Positions 48,045 to 59,587 of a DNA stretch of 64,000 bases are shown here, in pieces. The notes beneath the pieces were generated by a model. It had not been told where the DNA came from. It did no database searches and saw only the letters and a program-made list of their open reading frames with translations. Each line of letters begins with the position of its first letter. The stretch's first letter is position 1. Origin of the DNA: an uncultured Acidobacteriota bacterium (lineage in GTDB: Bacteria > Acidobacteriota > Vicinamibacteria > Vicinamibacterales > UBA2999); assembly GCA_963815285.1 (NCBI GenBank), contig CAWFGB010000004.1, positions 521,440-585,439 on the forward strand, given 5' to 3'. Made by a program: the position numbers and the translations under genes.

Positions 48045-48464
48045 TCAGTCGCTCGGCACGATGCGAAAGGGCTTCCGGCCTTTGACTCGGTAGACCGAGA
48101 AACCCGTACGATCCGTCGTGAACACGGACGTGCAATCGACCTCTTCGGCCAGTGCGACGAGCGTCGCATCCGCAAAGTCCATCGGCAGATCAGCATACTT
48201 GTCGAGCAGCTTCGCGACGCGCTGCAATGATGCCCTGCTCGAGGGAACGAGAAGCGCGCCCCCTGAGACGAAGAAATCGACGCAGGCCGTACGTCCGCCT
48301 TGAACGCCGGCGAGGAGGTGAGTGGCTTCGGTCAGCACCGCCTCGGTCGACAGCACCGGACCCGTCCAGCCGGAGAAGACACGACGGCATTTTTCGTGAT
48401 GCGCCTGACTGCGATCAAGGAGCGACACCAGGGCGCCGGTGTCGAGCAGCAGCTCACCGGACAC
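48045..48464 (-). CDS. vapC: PIN-domain toxin (VapC family)
   Basis: LLLDTGALVSLLD.. N-terminal acidic motif, ..DATLVALAEE.. and ..VFTTDR..F. 139 aa. Confidence 0.8.
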   Translation of the reverse strand: MSGELLLDTGALVSLLDRSQAHHEKCRRVFSGWTGPVLSTEAVLTEATHLLAGVQGGRTACVDFFVSGGALLVPSSRASLQRVAKLLDKYADLPMDFADATLVALAEEVDCTSVFTTDRTGFSVYRVKGRKPFRIVPSD

Positions 48465-48708
48465 GGCTTAACGCCGCCAGCACGTCTTCACGATGGCGCT
48501 CCACCAAATCGGGGACTCCAGACGAAAGCGAGCCGAGCAGATGTGCCACCCGATCGGCAGGCTTTCTGTCGGCCGGCGGCGCTTCCTGCAGGAAGGACTC
48601 GAGCGCCATGCGGACAACGTCCGAAGGACGGCGTCCGAGGCGGCGGGATGTTCGCCGGAGTGCGCGACCGAGCGCTGTGGGCAGACGGACCGTGATCTGA
48701 TCCTCCAA
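48454..48708 (-). CDS. vapB: Ribbon-helix-helix antitoxin (VapB/CopG-like)
   Basis: ITVRLPTALGRALRRTSRRLGRRPSDVVRMALESFL. Overlaps vapC by 11 nt. Proposed TTG start at 48708, 4 nt after GGAGGAGG; a GTG at 48726 is also possible. Confidence 0.7.
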   Translation of the reverse strand: MEDQITVRLPTALGRALRRTSRRLGRRPSDVVRMALESFLQEAPPADRKPADRVAHLLGSLSSGVPDLVERHREDVLAALSRVR

Positions 48709-48955
48709 GAAGCCTCCTCCAACCACTGCACTGCAATTGTAGTGCAACGCACTGCATCCACTGCATCCACACAAGGCGCTAAGAGAAGTTGCGACTCGGC
48801 CATCGACGTGTGCCCAGAAGGCGCCCGGTGGCGCCCGCCGCAGTGTGCCCGAACGGCGGCCACCAGCCCGACCAACAAAGAGTGCCAGCGTTGAGGGTTC
48901 CGGCCGGGCGTCGTTGCGGACCGGTCGATCGATCTGTCGCTGAAAAAACGAAGCC

Positions 48956-51791
48956 TCAGAACTGAAGCTGAAGTCCCAGCCGCACCAGACGGGGCGCCAC
49001 GATCTCGAGCGGCCTGCCGAACGTCGTCGTGACGGCGTCGGTGAACTGGCGCAGCGTGCTGCCCGTATTCAGCACGTTGAACACGTCGACGTTCAGTGTC
49101 GCGCGGACCTGGCCCAGCGCGAACTGCTTCTGAACGCGGGCGTCCAGCAACTGCACGCCAGGAAAGCGGCTGACGTCCAGGTTGCGATCGAGAAATACGC
49201 GCGTCGGGCCCAGGCCGCCGGGACGTTCCACCGTGAGGACCTCCGCAATCGGGTTGCCCTGCCGTCCGTACATCGTCCCGGCGACGCTCATCTGCCACGG
49301 TAATTCGTACAACCCGGCGACGCTGTAGAGCCACGTGCCGTGAATGACGAAATCGGACGGCGGCGCCGAGGCCACGTTGACCGCGATCCCGCCGTCCACA
49401 AACCCGCTGGCAGCATCGAGGCGCGGCGTCGGATCTTGAATCGCGCGCGCCGGATCGTCAAAGTACTCGCGATGCTGCTGCCACGTCACGAACCCGCGGA
49501 ACATCCACTTGTTCGTGAGGCGCTTGGTCGCCACGACATCGACGTTCCAGTAACGTTTGGAGTAGCCCTCGCGATTGATGAGCACGCGGCCATTGCCGGG
49601 GGGCAGCGTCACACCGGGCGCCAGTTTATACACCGGTGTCGTGAGCGACACGCCTGCCGGGAGCGGGGGACGGTACTCCTCGAAGTGGTCGCTGGTGAGC
49701 CCGATGAACGGAGACCAATGGGTGCTGCTCGTCACGCCGCTGCCAACGTTCACGCCCAACGAGAAATCCGACACGACTTCGCGTTCGATCCCACCGACCA
49801 GCACCTGTGTGACTGGTGAGCGCAGGTTCGGATCGACCTGGTTGGGCGAATACCCCGCCGCCGGATTAGCGGGATTCACGTTCATCACGAAGCCAGTCGG
49901 ACCAAGAAGCTCCTCCACCTGCGCGAGGTGATCGCCATTGACGTCCCGGAAGGTGTACCGGATAGTGCCCATCAACGCCGGGTTGTCGAAGATCGCGATC
50001 GGCGATCCCAACTGGCTGGCGTACCGCGCATAACTGCCACGGACGATCGTGCTGTTCGTGGCACGGAAGGTGACGCCCAGTCGCGGAGAAAAATCGGCCC
50101 ACGTGTGATACGGCCCGCCCTGATATTCGAGCATCGGGAGAATCGCCGGAGCCAGCCCGTTGGCCGGGGCAGACGACGGTTCGTTGCGTGCACGCTGCCA
50201 GTCGACGCGAACCCCCGCATCAATCGTCCAGCGATCGAGTGAAATCACGTCGCCAGCGTAAACGCCGACCGTGCCTGTCGCGCTCGCGACGGCGGACCGA
50301 CGCGTGATATTGGCGAATCCAATTCCCGTCGGGAGACCGAGGCGCTCGGCGTTGATCGTCGTCTGCGTGCCATCGCCAGGCAAACCACTCGTTTCGTGCG
50401 ATGTCGTCCGCCGGTGATGGACGCCGAACTTTACTTCGTGACGGCCGCGCGCCCAGTTCCCATCGACCTGCGTCTGGTACTGTGCTCGATCGCTCCTTGA
50501 ATACGAAAAGCCACCGTGCCAGACCCCGGTGGCGGCGTCGAGATACGCCTGAGCGTCCAGCCCACTTTGCGGTGTGAGGCCGAAGACGAGGTCCACATAG
50601 GCGAACTTCGCCGACAGGAACAACGACGGCGCGAAGATGTGCGATGCCTCCGCCTTGTAGATCTGGGTCGGACCGCTCTGATTCCAGGTGGTTTCGGGTG
50701 GCCGATCCAGTCCGGCGCCCCTGCCCGCCTTCGACTTTTCCGCGCGATGGTAGAGGAGCGACAGGCGTGTGGCCGCGTCGAGCTGCGCGTCTCCTCTCGC
50801 GGCGATGGTCGTGACGTCCCCTTCGTCCGGGAACCCGTTGATCGCAATCTGACGAACATCCGTCCTCGAAATGCCGGTCCAGAACCAGACGCGATTGTCC
50901 CACACCGGCCCGCCTGCGTCGGCCCCGTATTCGCCGAGTTGGCTGATCCGATTGCCCGACAGGCCCACTGCCCGGAGGTCATCGGAGATGTTCTCGCCCT
51001 GCAGATCGTCGTTGCTGAAGTACGTCCGGGCTCCCACTCTGAACGCATTGCTGCCGCGTTTCGACACCAGGTTGATGCCGAGGCCGCCTGTTTGCTGTCG
51101 TGAATCGAGTCCGCCGGTAGTGAACTGCACTTCCTCGAACACATTGAAATCGAAATAGGTGGTGCTGGCTCCGAATGCGGCCATGTCGGTGATGGTGACG
51201 CCGTCGATGTTCCACATCGTGTTGCCGCCGTTGTCGCCGCGGGCGGTGAACTGCGCCTGGTTGGTGCTTTCGGATCCGCCGATGTTGGGGCGGGCGATGG
51301 AGACGCCGGGAAGGTGTTGCATGAGCGCCCACGGATCGCGAGGAGTCGGCACTTCGTTCAGCATCACCTGGTCGAAGTTGGTGACGTTGCCCTGGCGCTT
51401 GACGTCGAGGACCGGGGTGGACGCGGAGACGATGATCTTCCTCGGCCACTTCCGCGAGCACCAGCTCGATGGCGATCTCCACGCTCGCGCCGACAGCGAC
51501 AATCACGTTCGGGCGGACCATTGGAGCAAACCCCTGCAGCGTCGCCCGCAGCTCGTAGGTACCTGGATCGAGATCCTGAACGCGGAACTCGCCGCGGCTG
51601 CCGCTCGCCGCTTCACGCGGCGCGGTGATCGCGGAGGTCAACTGCACGACCACGCCAGGCAGCACCGCGCCGCTGGCGTCGTGCACGGTGCCGTAGATCG
51701 CCCCGCGCTGAATCTGGGCCGCCGCCGGTAACGCGAGGACGACGAGGCACGCCGCCTGAACCGCCACGGTCTTCAAGAGTGAGATCGTCAT
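48956..51791 (-). pseudogene. TonB-dependent-receptor-like outer-membrane protein with an N-terminal carboxypeptidase-regulatory-like domain, split by a 1-nt frame change at about 51437-51446
   Basis: Signal plus GAIYGTVHDASGAVLPGVVVQL..PGTYEL...GF in one frame. IIVSASTPVLDVKRQ..NIDGV.ITD..FTTGG..LRLGLQLQF (C-terminal Phe) in the next. Confidence 0.75.
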
Positions 51792-51806
51792 GTGGGTCCT
51801 CGTCCG

Positions 51807-54800
51807 CTACCACCGTGGCGCCGCTCGCTTCCAGCCCTTGAATGGCTCGAAGTCCATACGATAGCCGCCGGGTGTGGCGGCATCCTCGACCACGCGGTAA
51901 TTCGTGATGTTGCGGAGACGGTCGAGCAGCTCGGCGTGCGGCAGCGTGTGAAACGGCTCTCCTTCCGGCATCGGCCACATCCGAACCGTGCCGTCGTCGC
52001 CGCTGGAGGCAATCCAGCGACCGCCGGGCGCCTCCTGGAGACCCCAGACCGCCGCCTCGTGTCCGATCAGAAGATGCGGCTCTTCTCCGGTCACCTTTCC
52101 GACACGCACAATCCCGTCGCGGCTGCCTGTGACAACCTGCCCCGTCGACGGGGCCCAGGCCACGCTGGTGATCTCGGATCCATGCGAGGTGAGGTCCCAC
52201 GAACGTTGGCTCTCTACGTCGTGCACGATGGCCGTGCCGACCGCGCCCCCCGGACGCATCTCGGCACGAAACAGCAGCAGGTAGCGGCCGTCGGCGCTCG
52301 GCACGACACGCGCGGCTGACGTCTTGATCAATAAGGTGGAGGTCTTCTCCTGCAGGTTCCAGAGACGGACGCCGCCCGGCCCTGTCGAGAGCAGCCGCCC
52401 ATCGGGCATGAATTCCAGGCTGCTGATCGGCTGTCCATCGCCCGCGTCGAGGATGGTGACTTCACGGGTGTCGAGGTTCCAGACCCGGACCACCGCTTCG
52501 CCCGGAGCCATCAACTCACCCCTGAGGCCCCCGCCGGCAGCGAGCTGCCGGCCAGTTGGGTCCAGGGCCAATGCGGTAACCATGTCGTTGAAGCCAACGA
52601 GACGCTCGGCTGGACGGCCGTCCATCGGGATGAGCCGCACGCCTGCCATCGTCCCCGCGGCCAGAAAATCCCCACGGGGTGAGACTCTCACCGGGGAGGC
52701 TATCGGTGCGCCTGCCTCGAGACTCCTCCGTTCGACGCCGGGTTCCCCGAGGAGTGACCAGATGCTCAGGCTGCCCGATGGTGTGTCGCCTCCGGCTGCG
52801 ATCCACGAGCCGTGCGGATCGATCACGAGGGTGCGAAGGCTCTTCGCGGATCCTCGTAGGACGTTAGGATGGCGCGTCGTCAAGGGCCACAATGAGATAC
52901 GTCCGAGTGTCTGTGCGGCCAGCCAGGAACCGGTGGGATCGATGGCCACGCCTGGCCGGCTGACCGCCCGAGCGGAGGACGAGCGGCTCGCCCGCCGGGG
53001 ATGCCGCCAGATTCCACACGTCCACCGCCTGACTCCAGCTGGCAGCCAGCCAACGGCCGTCTGTCCTGATCGCGGCGCCGAATCAACTCATCGCGGCGCA
53101 CCGACACTGGTAGGGCACGGGAATTGGTGCCGGTGGCGCGCGACCAGACCCGCCACGCGCCTGACAGATGCATGGCATAGATACTGGTGCCGTCGGAACT
53201 GAGAGTGAAGCAAACGACCGGGTCGTCGCCGCCGCGAACGACGAGCCGAGGCTGGGCATGTCGAGTCCGGAAAGGGGGACCTCGAAGAGCGAACCGCCGT
53301 GGATGCCCAACAGCCACTGCCCCGTCGGATCGACGGCGAACGCTCCCGCCTCTCCCGGCGGCGACGTCCAAATCCCCAACGTGGTTTCGGGCGCACCGTC
53401 AGGCAGCGGGTACGACTTGATCAGGCGCCTCGCCCGTCCATCGGACGTTGGCTCGACAAACGCGCCAGTCATGACGGACTGGCCACGGACGAATCCCCAG
53501 CGGAACGTCCCCGCAATACGCCGGAGCTCGGTCGTTTCGGGAAGCGAGTACGTCCGGATCGAGTCCGACGTCGTGACCACGAACGAGCGGCCGTCGGCGG
53601 CAAAATCTCCCCAGGCGAAACGGCCGCGGCCGCCGATGTCGCGAATCACGCGTGGCGCCGAACCGTCGCTCCTCCAGAGGCGCACGATTCCGTCCCTCTC
53701 GCTCACTCCCGCCAGCCAGTCACCGTCCTTCGAGAACGAGAGCTGATGATTACTCCACGACGCGTCGGTGGGAGAAAGAATGAACGCGGTCGGCCCCTGC
53801 CACAACGCACGCAGGGCAAGACGTCGCGCGTGCGGACTGTCATCGTGCTCCAGACTGGCGAGGGCATACGCGACGGCGGCGGTAGGATTGCGGTCGATTT
53901 CGGCCTGACCCAGCGTGAAGAGCTGTTGCGCCTCGGCGCGGCGAGTCGACGCCACCGCCTGCGATCGCGCGTTCTCGCTTTGTCGCCAGAGCACACCCAT
54001 CGCGACCGCCACGACAAGCGCGGCGGCGGTGACCGCCGCCACAGCGAGACGCCGCTGACGCCGGCGCCCGAGCGCGCGCGACGTCATCGCACGGGTAAAG
54101 GTGTCTTCGCTTGCCGACAATGCACCGGCATAACGCTCGCGCCATAGTTCGTACTCGCGAAACGACGTGCCGGTCCACAACAGATCTTCCGGCCGGCCGC
54201 GTTCATCCCACAGGCGGGCGGCCTGGCGCAACTGATCACGAAGCTGCGCGCCATCCTGCTCCTGTGTATGCCAGCGTACCAGACGCGGCCACGACGTCAG
54301 CAGCGACTCGTGGACGATCTCGATGCGGCGATGGCCGGTGTCATCAGGATCGATCGCCGGTGGCTCGTAGGACGTCAGCAGGCGCGCGTCGACGAGCGCG
54401 TCGAGGACCTCGGCAGCCCGCTGGCGCTCGGACGCCTGGTGGCCCGCAGGGTCGGCCTTCGCATCCTCACTGAAGACCGACAGCAACTCGTCGCGGTCCA
54501 GCGTGGCGCGCGTTCCTTGAGCCGTCACGAGGTTGCGAAGCAGCTCGCGCACCATCGGAATTCGGTCCTGTCCGATGCGCTCGAGGATCGCTTCGGCATG
54601 CTGCGCCAACGCCCCGCCCACGCCGCCGATTTCCTGGTAGGCCGCGCGGGTCAGCATTCCACGTTCACGATCGCGCCGATCCCAGAGCTTCGCCATGGCG
54701 AATGCCACCAGGGGGAGCGCGCCGCGCTCGCCCTCGACCTGCGCAAGCATCTCCTCGACGATGGCCTCGTCTTCGAATCGATAGCCACACTTCAGCGCCG

Positions 54801-56371
54801 GCTGCACCAGCGCACGCCGCAGGGCAGCGCCGGTGGGCGGCCCCAGCGCGGTGAGATCCGAGAACAGCGGGGCAAGGCTCGCGTAGCGATGGCAGTGGAT
54901 CAGAAAATCGTCACGCATCGACAACAGGACATGAACGTCCGCATCGAGCACCAGTCGGCCGAGCAGCTGCGTGTAGGACTCCTGAACCGCCGGCGGGCTT
55001 TGGGTAAAGAGCTCCTCGAACTGATCGAAGACGAGCACGGCGTGCTGGTGGCGGCGGCGCCATCGTTGCACGATCTCGAGCGCCACGTCCGGCTGTTCGA
55101 AATCGATGAGACGCGCGACGGCCTGGACGTCTCCCGACAGTTCCGGTGCGAGCGCATGCGCGAGGGCTGCAAACGGCCGATCGGTGGGCGTCGCAAACAC
55201 CAGGCGCCAGCCCGTGGGCGCGGTGTGCGCGAGCCCGGCGCGCAGAAACGAGCTCTTGCCGGCGCCGGAGGGGCCGATGAGCCCGAGCAGATGGGGGCGG
55301 CGCAGCTTCTTCCACATCTCCTCGATCTCGAGCTCGCGGCCAACGAAGTACTCGGCGTCGTGCTCGGTGAACGACGCCAGTCCCGGATAGGGACGCTGCG
55401 CTTCGTCGGCGCTGGTGCGAAGCGTGACCTCTTCGAGCGCGCGCGCCAGCGACGCCGCGGTGGAGTAGCGATGATCGGGGCGGTGTGCAAGCGCCCTGCG
55501 GACGACTTCTTCCCACGGCGTGCCGCCCGCTTCCGGCGGATCGCCGTGCAGCCGTCGCCAGACCGCTTCACGCGCCTCGTCGCTGCGAATGCCGCCCGGC
55601 GCGATCATCTCGGCGAGCACGACCCCCGCGGAGAACACGTCACTCCGGGCGTCGGCCGCTTCGCCGCGGGCCTGCTCGGGAGCCATGTAGGCCGGCGTCC
55701 CCGAGATTGTTCCTGTCCGCCGCTCGGTCGCTCCGCGCGCGATGCCGAAGTCCATGACGACGATCCGGCCGGCGCGCGTGAGCATCAGGTTCTCAGGCTT
55801 GATGTCGCGATGCACCAGGCCGGCGAGATGAATCGCCTCGAGTCCGGCCAGGAACTGTGAGGCGATCTCACGCGCCTCCTGGAGGGCCAGCGGGCTTCGC
55901 TCCTTCAGCACGTCGGCGAGCGTGACCCCGTCCACGAACTCCATGGAGACCAGCTCGTGGTCGTCGAAATCGACGAGATCGAACACACGGCACACATTCG
56001 GCGAGACCACCTCGCGGGCCGCGCGGACTTCCTGCCGGAGGCCGTTCCGCGCGCGCTCGTCGGCAACCAGCCAGGGTCGAACGGCCTTGAGGGCGACGTC
56101 CACGCGCAGCTTCAGATCGAAGGCGCGAAAGACCTCCCCCATCCCGCCACGCCCGAGCAGCGAACGGATCCGGTACCGGTTACCCAGAATCTGGCCGGGG
56201 GAGAGAGCGTGGGACGGCGGGGCCGATGGTCGGTGGGCTTGCCCCGGCATCGGGCGCGGACGACCGCTCGCCGAGCCCGAAGCTCAGCAGGCACGACAGG
56301 CAGAGACCGGCTGACCAGTGTTCTGCGCTCAGCCGCCCGCCGCAGTCGGGACAGTTCGCCGTTTCTCTCAT
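51807..56371 (-). pseudogene. Giant signalling protein: zinc-ribbon, Ser/Thr kinase, STAND-type P-loop NTPase, one TM, WD40-like propeller. Reading frame broken at four or more places
   Basis: MRETANCPDCGG..GLCLSCLL (frame A). GRGGMGEVFRA, HRDIKPENLML, DFGIAR, GTPAYMAPEQ, GPSGAGKSSFLRAGL, TM AVAAVTAAALVVAVAMGVLW (frame B). WD-like blades ..DG.WLA......V.(L/V)W.. continue through frames switching near 53250, 53080 and 52950. Confidence 0.7.
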
Positions 56372-56482
56372 CGTCACAGTCCCACGCCGAGCTCTGGCCC
56401 TCTCGCGAAAAACCTGACTCGTTCGTCAAGATTCTGGGCGGTCAAGACTCCTAGAGGAGAGAAACGTAACGGCGCCGAAAGG

Positions 56483-57205
56483 TTACGTCTCGCGATCCTG
56501 CCAGGGCCGGATCACGCTCAGAAGGTGCCGCACCTCCTCGTCGACTTCGGCCGCGCTCGCGACCGTTTCGGCGACCTCCTCACGCAGCAGACGGCCGTAG
56601 CGTTCGCGCAACCGGTGGACGGCGGTCTTCACCGCGTTTTCGGTCATGCCGAGAGTCAGCGCGATCTCGCGATACCGTTCGGGGTTGTCACCCGTGAGGC
56701 AGGCCTTGAGCTGCTCAAATCGTTCCGACTGATCGCGGGTCTCCGCGCGCAGCCGCTCCATGGCGCGCTCCATGACCGTCAATCCCCAGCGGCGTTCGAA
56801 GACGAGCTCCGGCGTCAGGTGGTCCGCGGGCTCATGGCGGTAACGGGTCTCCGCCAGGTCGGCGTCGAGCGAAAGGGTTCGCACGCCGGCGCCCTTCTTG
56901 AGCGCTCGAGCCTTGTCACGCTCGTGCGAGAGGAAGTGTTCGAGCGACGCGAGCAGAAACGATCGGAAGCGTCCCTTGGAACGGTCGATCGCGCTGAGGA
57001 AGTCCCGGCTCAGGAGGTCAGCGAAGAACGCCTGGGTCAAATCACGCGCTTCGTCGGCGGCATGGCCCCGGTGTCGGACGTACGCGTACAGCGGGAACCA
57101 ATAAGCCTCGCAGAGCGACCCGAGCGCCAAGCGGGCCTGACTTTCGCTTCCGTCGCGTGCAGCGAGCACGACGTTCCACTGGGTCGTGGCGAATTGCCGG
57201 GTCAC
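56483..57205 (-). CDS. ECF-type RNA polymerase sigma factor of the kinase-associated kind (ECF43-like)
   Basis: TTQWNVVLAA.. N-terminus, sigma-2 (YWFPLYAYVRHRG..ADEARDLTQAFF), a long linker, sigma-4 (..YREIALTLGMTENAVKTAVHRLRERY). GTG start. No anti-sigma gene; a kinase gene lies 105 nt downstream. Confidence 0.75.
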   Translation of the reverse strand: MTRQFATTQWNVVLAARDGSESQARLALGSLCEAYWFPLYAYVRHRGHAADEARDLTQAFFADLLSRDFLSAIDRSKGRFRSFLLASLEHFLSHERDKARALKKGAGVRTLSLDADLAETRYRHEPADHLTPELVFERRWGLTVMERAMERLRAETRDQSERFEQLKACLTGDNPERYREIALTLGMTENAVKTAVHRLRERYGRLLREEVAETVASAAEVDEEVRHLLSVIRPWQDRET

Positions 57206-57302
57206 GTGTCAGCTGGATTCTACACTTGTGACGATCCCTTGGCGACCGCCGCGGACTTCTGATCCTGCTGCGAGCGCAGGGCCGGTGCGCTTATGACCTG
57301 GC

Positions 57303-59264
57303 TCAGCGTGGAAGGCCCACCTGCTGCATCACCTTCTGGAAGGCGGGTTCAGTCGCGATCGCCTTGAACGGCGGATACTGCGCTACTTGCGCGAACTCGA
57401 CGGCATGGTCTTCATAGGCGCGCTGGAGCGCCGCGACCGCAGGCTCCTTTTCCCCCAGCGCGTCGTGGATCAACGCGATGCCGTACGCGGAGACGTACTG
57501 GTCACGGCGGTGCGCATCGAGTTCCTTCAACACGGCCCGCGCGTCGACCGTCCGTCCCGCCGCCGCGTAGGCGTATCCGAGGTAGGCCTCGACCCTCGAA
57601 TTGTGTCCATGCGCTGGTCGCGCCGCGATTTCGAGCTCGCGGATGGCGTCGTCCATCCGGCCGATCGCGGCGAACGTCGCCCCGAGCTGGAAACGCACCC
57701 GGTTGTTGCCGGGGCTCATCGCCAGCGCGCGGCGCAATTCGGCGAGCGCACGATCGTACTGCCCGCCGCCGCGGTAGGCAGTTCCGACGGCGACCTGTGC
57801 ATTGACCGACAGAGGATCGCGCTTTCGCCCGCGTTCAGCCGCGGCGATGGCGTCATCGAACCGCCCTTGACGCATCAGCGAGCCGCTCACCGCGCTCGTG
57901 AAGTCCTCGGCACCGTTCTCACTTCGACGGCCCGCTGAAGGGCGTTTGCGCTGTCCTCCCAGCGCCAGTGATACAAAGCGAGAATCTGCCCCAGCGCGTG
58001 GTGCGCCTCTCCCAGCGTGTCGTCGAGCTGCAAGGCCTTCCGCGCTGCAGCCTCTGCCTTCGGAACCGCTTCGTGTGGAGAAAACGGGCCGCCAAACACA
58101 AACTGCAGCTGCGTCAGCGCCAATGCGGCATACGCTTCGGCGAAATCGGGCTCAATGGCAATCGCCTGCTCGAAGTATCCGACCGCGCGGCTGAACGCGT
58201 CATGTTGATTCTGGCCGCGGGTCGTGAGTCCTTTCAAATAAGCGTCATACGCCTGCGCGGCAATCGTTTGTGCCGGACGTCGACGGTGGGAAGGCGGTGG
58301 AGCCAGACCGGCGGCCACGGCAATGTCCGATGCGATCCTCTGCTGGAGGTCCAGCATGTGGCTCAATTCGCCTTCGTAGGCTCTGCCCCATTCGACGCGG
58401 TCTGTGGCCACACGACCGAGCTGCGCGGTGATGCGTACGCCGGTGCCAGACCGCACGACCGTTCCTGAAACGATGCCGTTGACCGGCAGCTCACGTCCGA
58501 TCTCGGAGAGCCGTTTGGCGGTTTGGCGGTACTGCAGTGCCGTCGTTCGCGAGATCACATCCAGCCCTTCAACCTGGGCGAGATTCACCGTCAGGGCATC
58601 GGTGACGCTGTCGACAAAATAATTCTGGGCGGCATCGCCCGTAAGGTTCTCGAACGGGAGCACGAGGAAAGCGCGGATCGGTTCGGCGGCTGCATCCCGG
58701 CGTAATTCAGATCCCCCGCGTTGATTCATCGCGGCTCCCGCGGCGGTCAGGATCACAGCACAGAGAACGATGAGCACGCCGGCCGCACGCCAGCCGGTGA
58801 GACGCCATCGACTCGACTGCGAGGCCACAGCCTCGGCCGGCGGAGCCACCACGGCCGCAGGACCAGGTGCGACCGGCGGCGCGGCTGCCGGCGAGGGCTG
58901 CACCGGCACGCGCACCAGGTCCACGGCGGGAACCGAGACCGGCGCGATGAACCGATAGCCGCGCCGCGGCACGGTTTCGACGAATCGCGGGTTGTCGGCG
59001 GAGTCGTCGAGCGCCTCGCGGAGCTTGCGGACGGCGCTATTCAACCCGACCTCGAATTCGACGAACGTGTCCGTGGACCAGAGAACCCGTCGGAGTTCGT
59101 CGCGGGTGACCACTTCACCGGGACGGCGCAGCAGTTCTTTCAGGATCTGGAAGGATTGATCGGGCAGCCGAATCTTCAGGCCATGGCGACGCAGCTCGCC
59201 GGAGTCGGTGTCGAGCTCGAACACGCCGAAACGGAGGACATCGCGACGGCGTGGGAGCGTTCAT
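57303..59264 (-). pseudogene. CadC-like regulator: wHTH, TM, periplasmic TolB_N-like region and TPR repeats. Apparently broken by two 1-nt frame changes
   Basis: ATG 59264 (MNAPTPSR, GGAAGA upstream) is in a different frame from DVLRFGVFELDTDSGEL..VTRDELRRVLW..VPRRGYRF. The TPR series stops at 57887 and resumes in another frame (..GSLMRQGRFDDAIAAAERG..). Confidence 0.65.
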
Positions 59265-59587
59265 TCTTCCCTGAGGGTGGTGGGAGTCTAGCGCATTCAG
59301 TCCCCCGACACCAGTCACACCTGGCGCTAAAGGCCATTTACGCAGCCAGTTAGCGAGTCACATGCAAGACAGCAGCGAATCACTGGGTATCGGTTCTCTG
59401 GCGTGCGTCAATGGGCGTCGTGAGAACCGATTTGCCGTCCTGGTCCAGCCGCCTCCAACGCGCCGCCTGGTTGAGTCCCGGTCCCGAAGCCAATCGCGAC
59501 GAGAAGGCCGCTGTACTCGCGAAAGGTGAAGTCTGGGTCCTCGGCAATCGGGGAGAACGCCGTTCCTCACAAGTCTAAGGAACTGAG

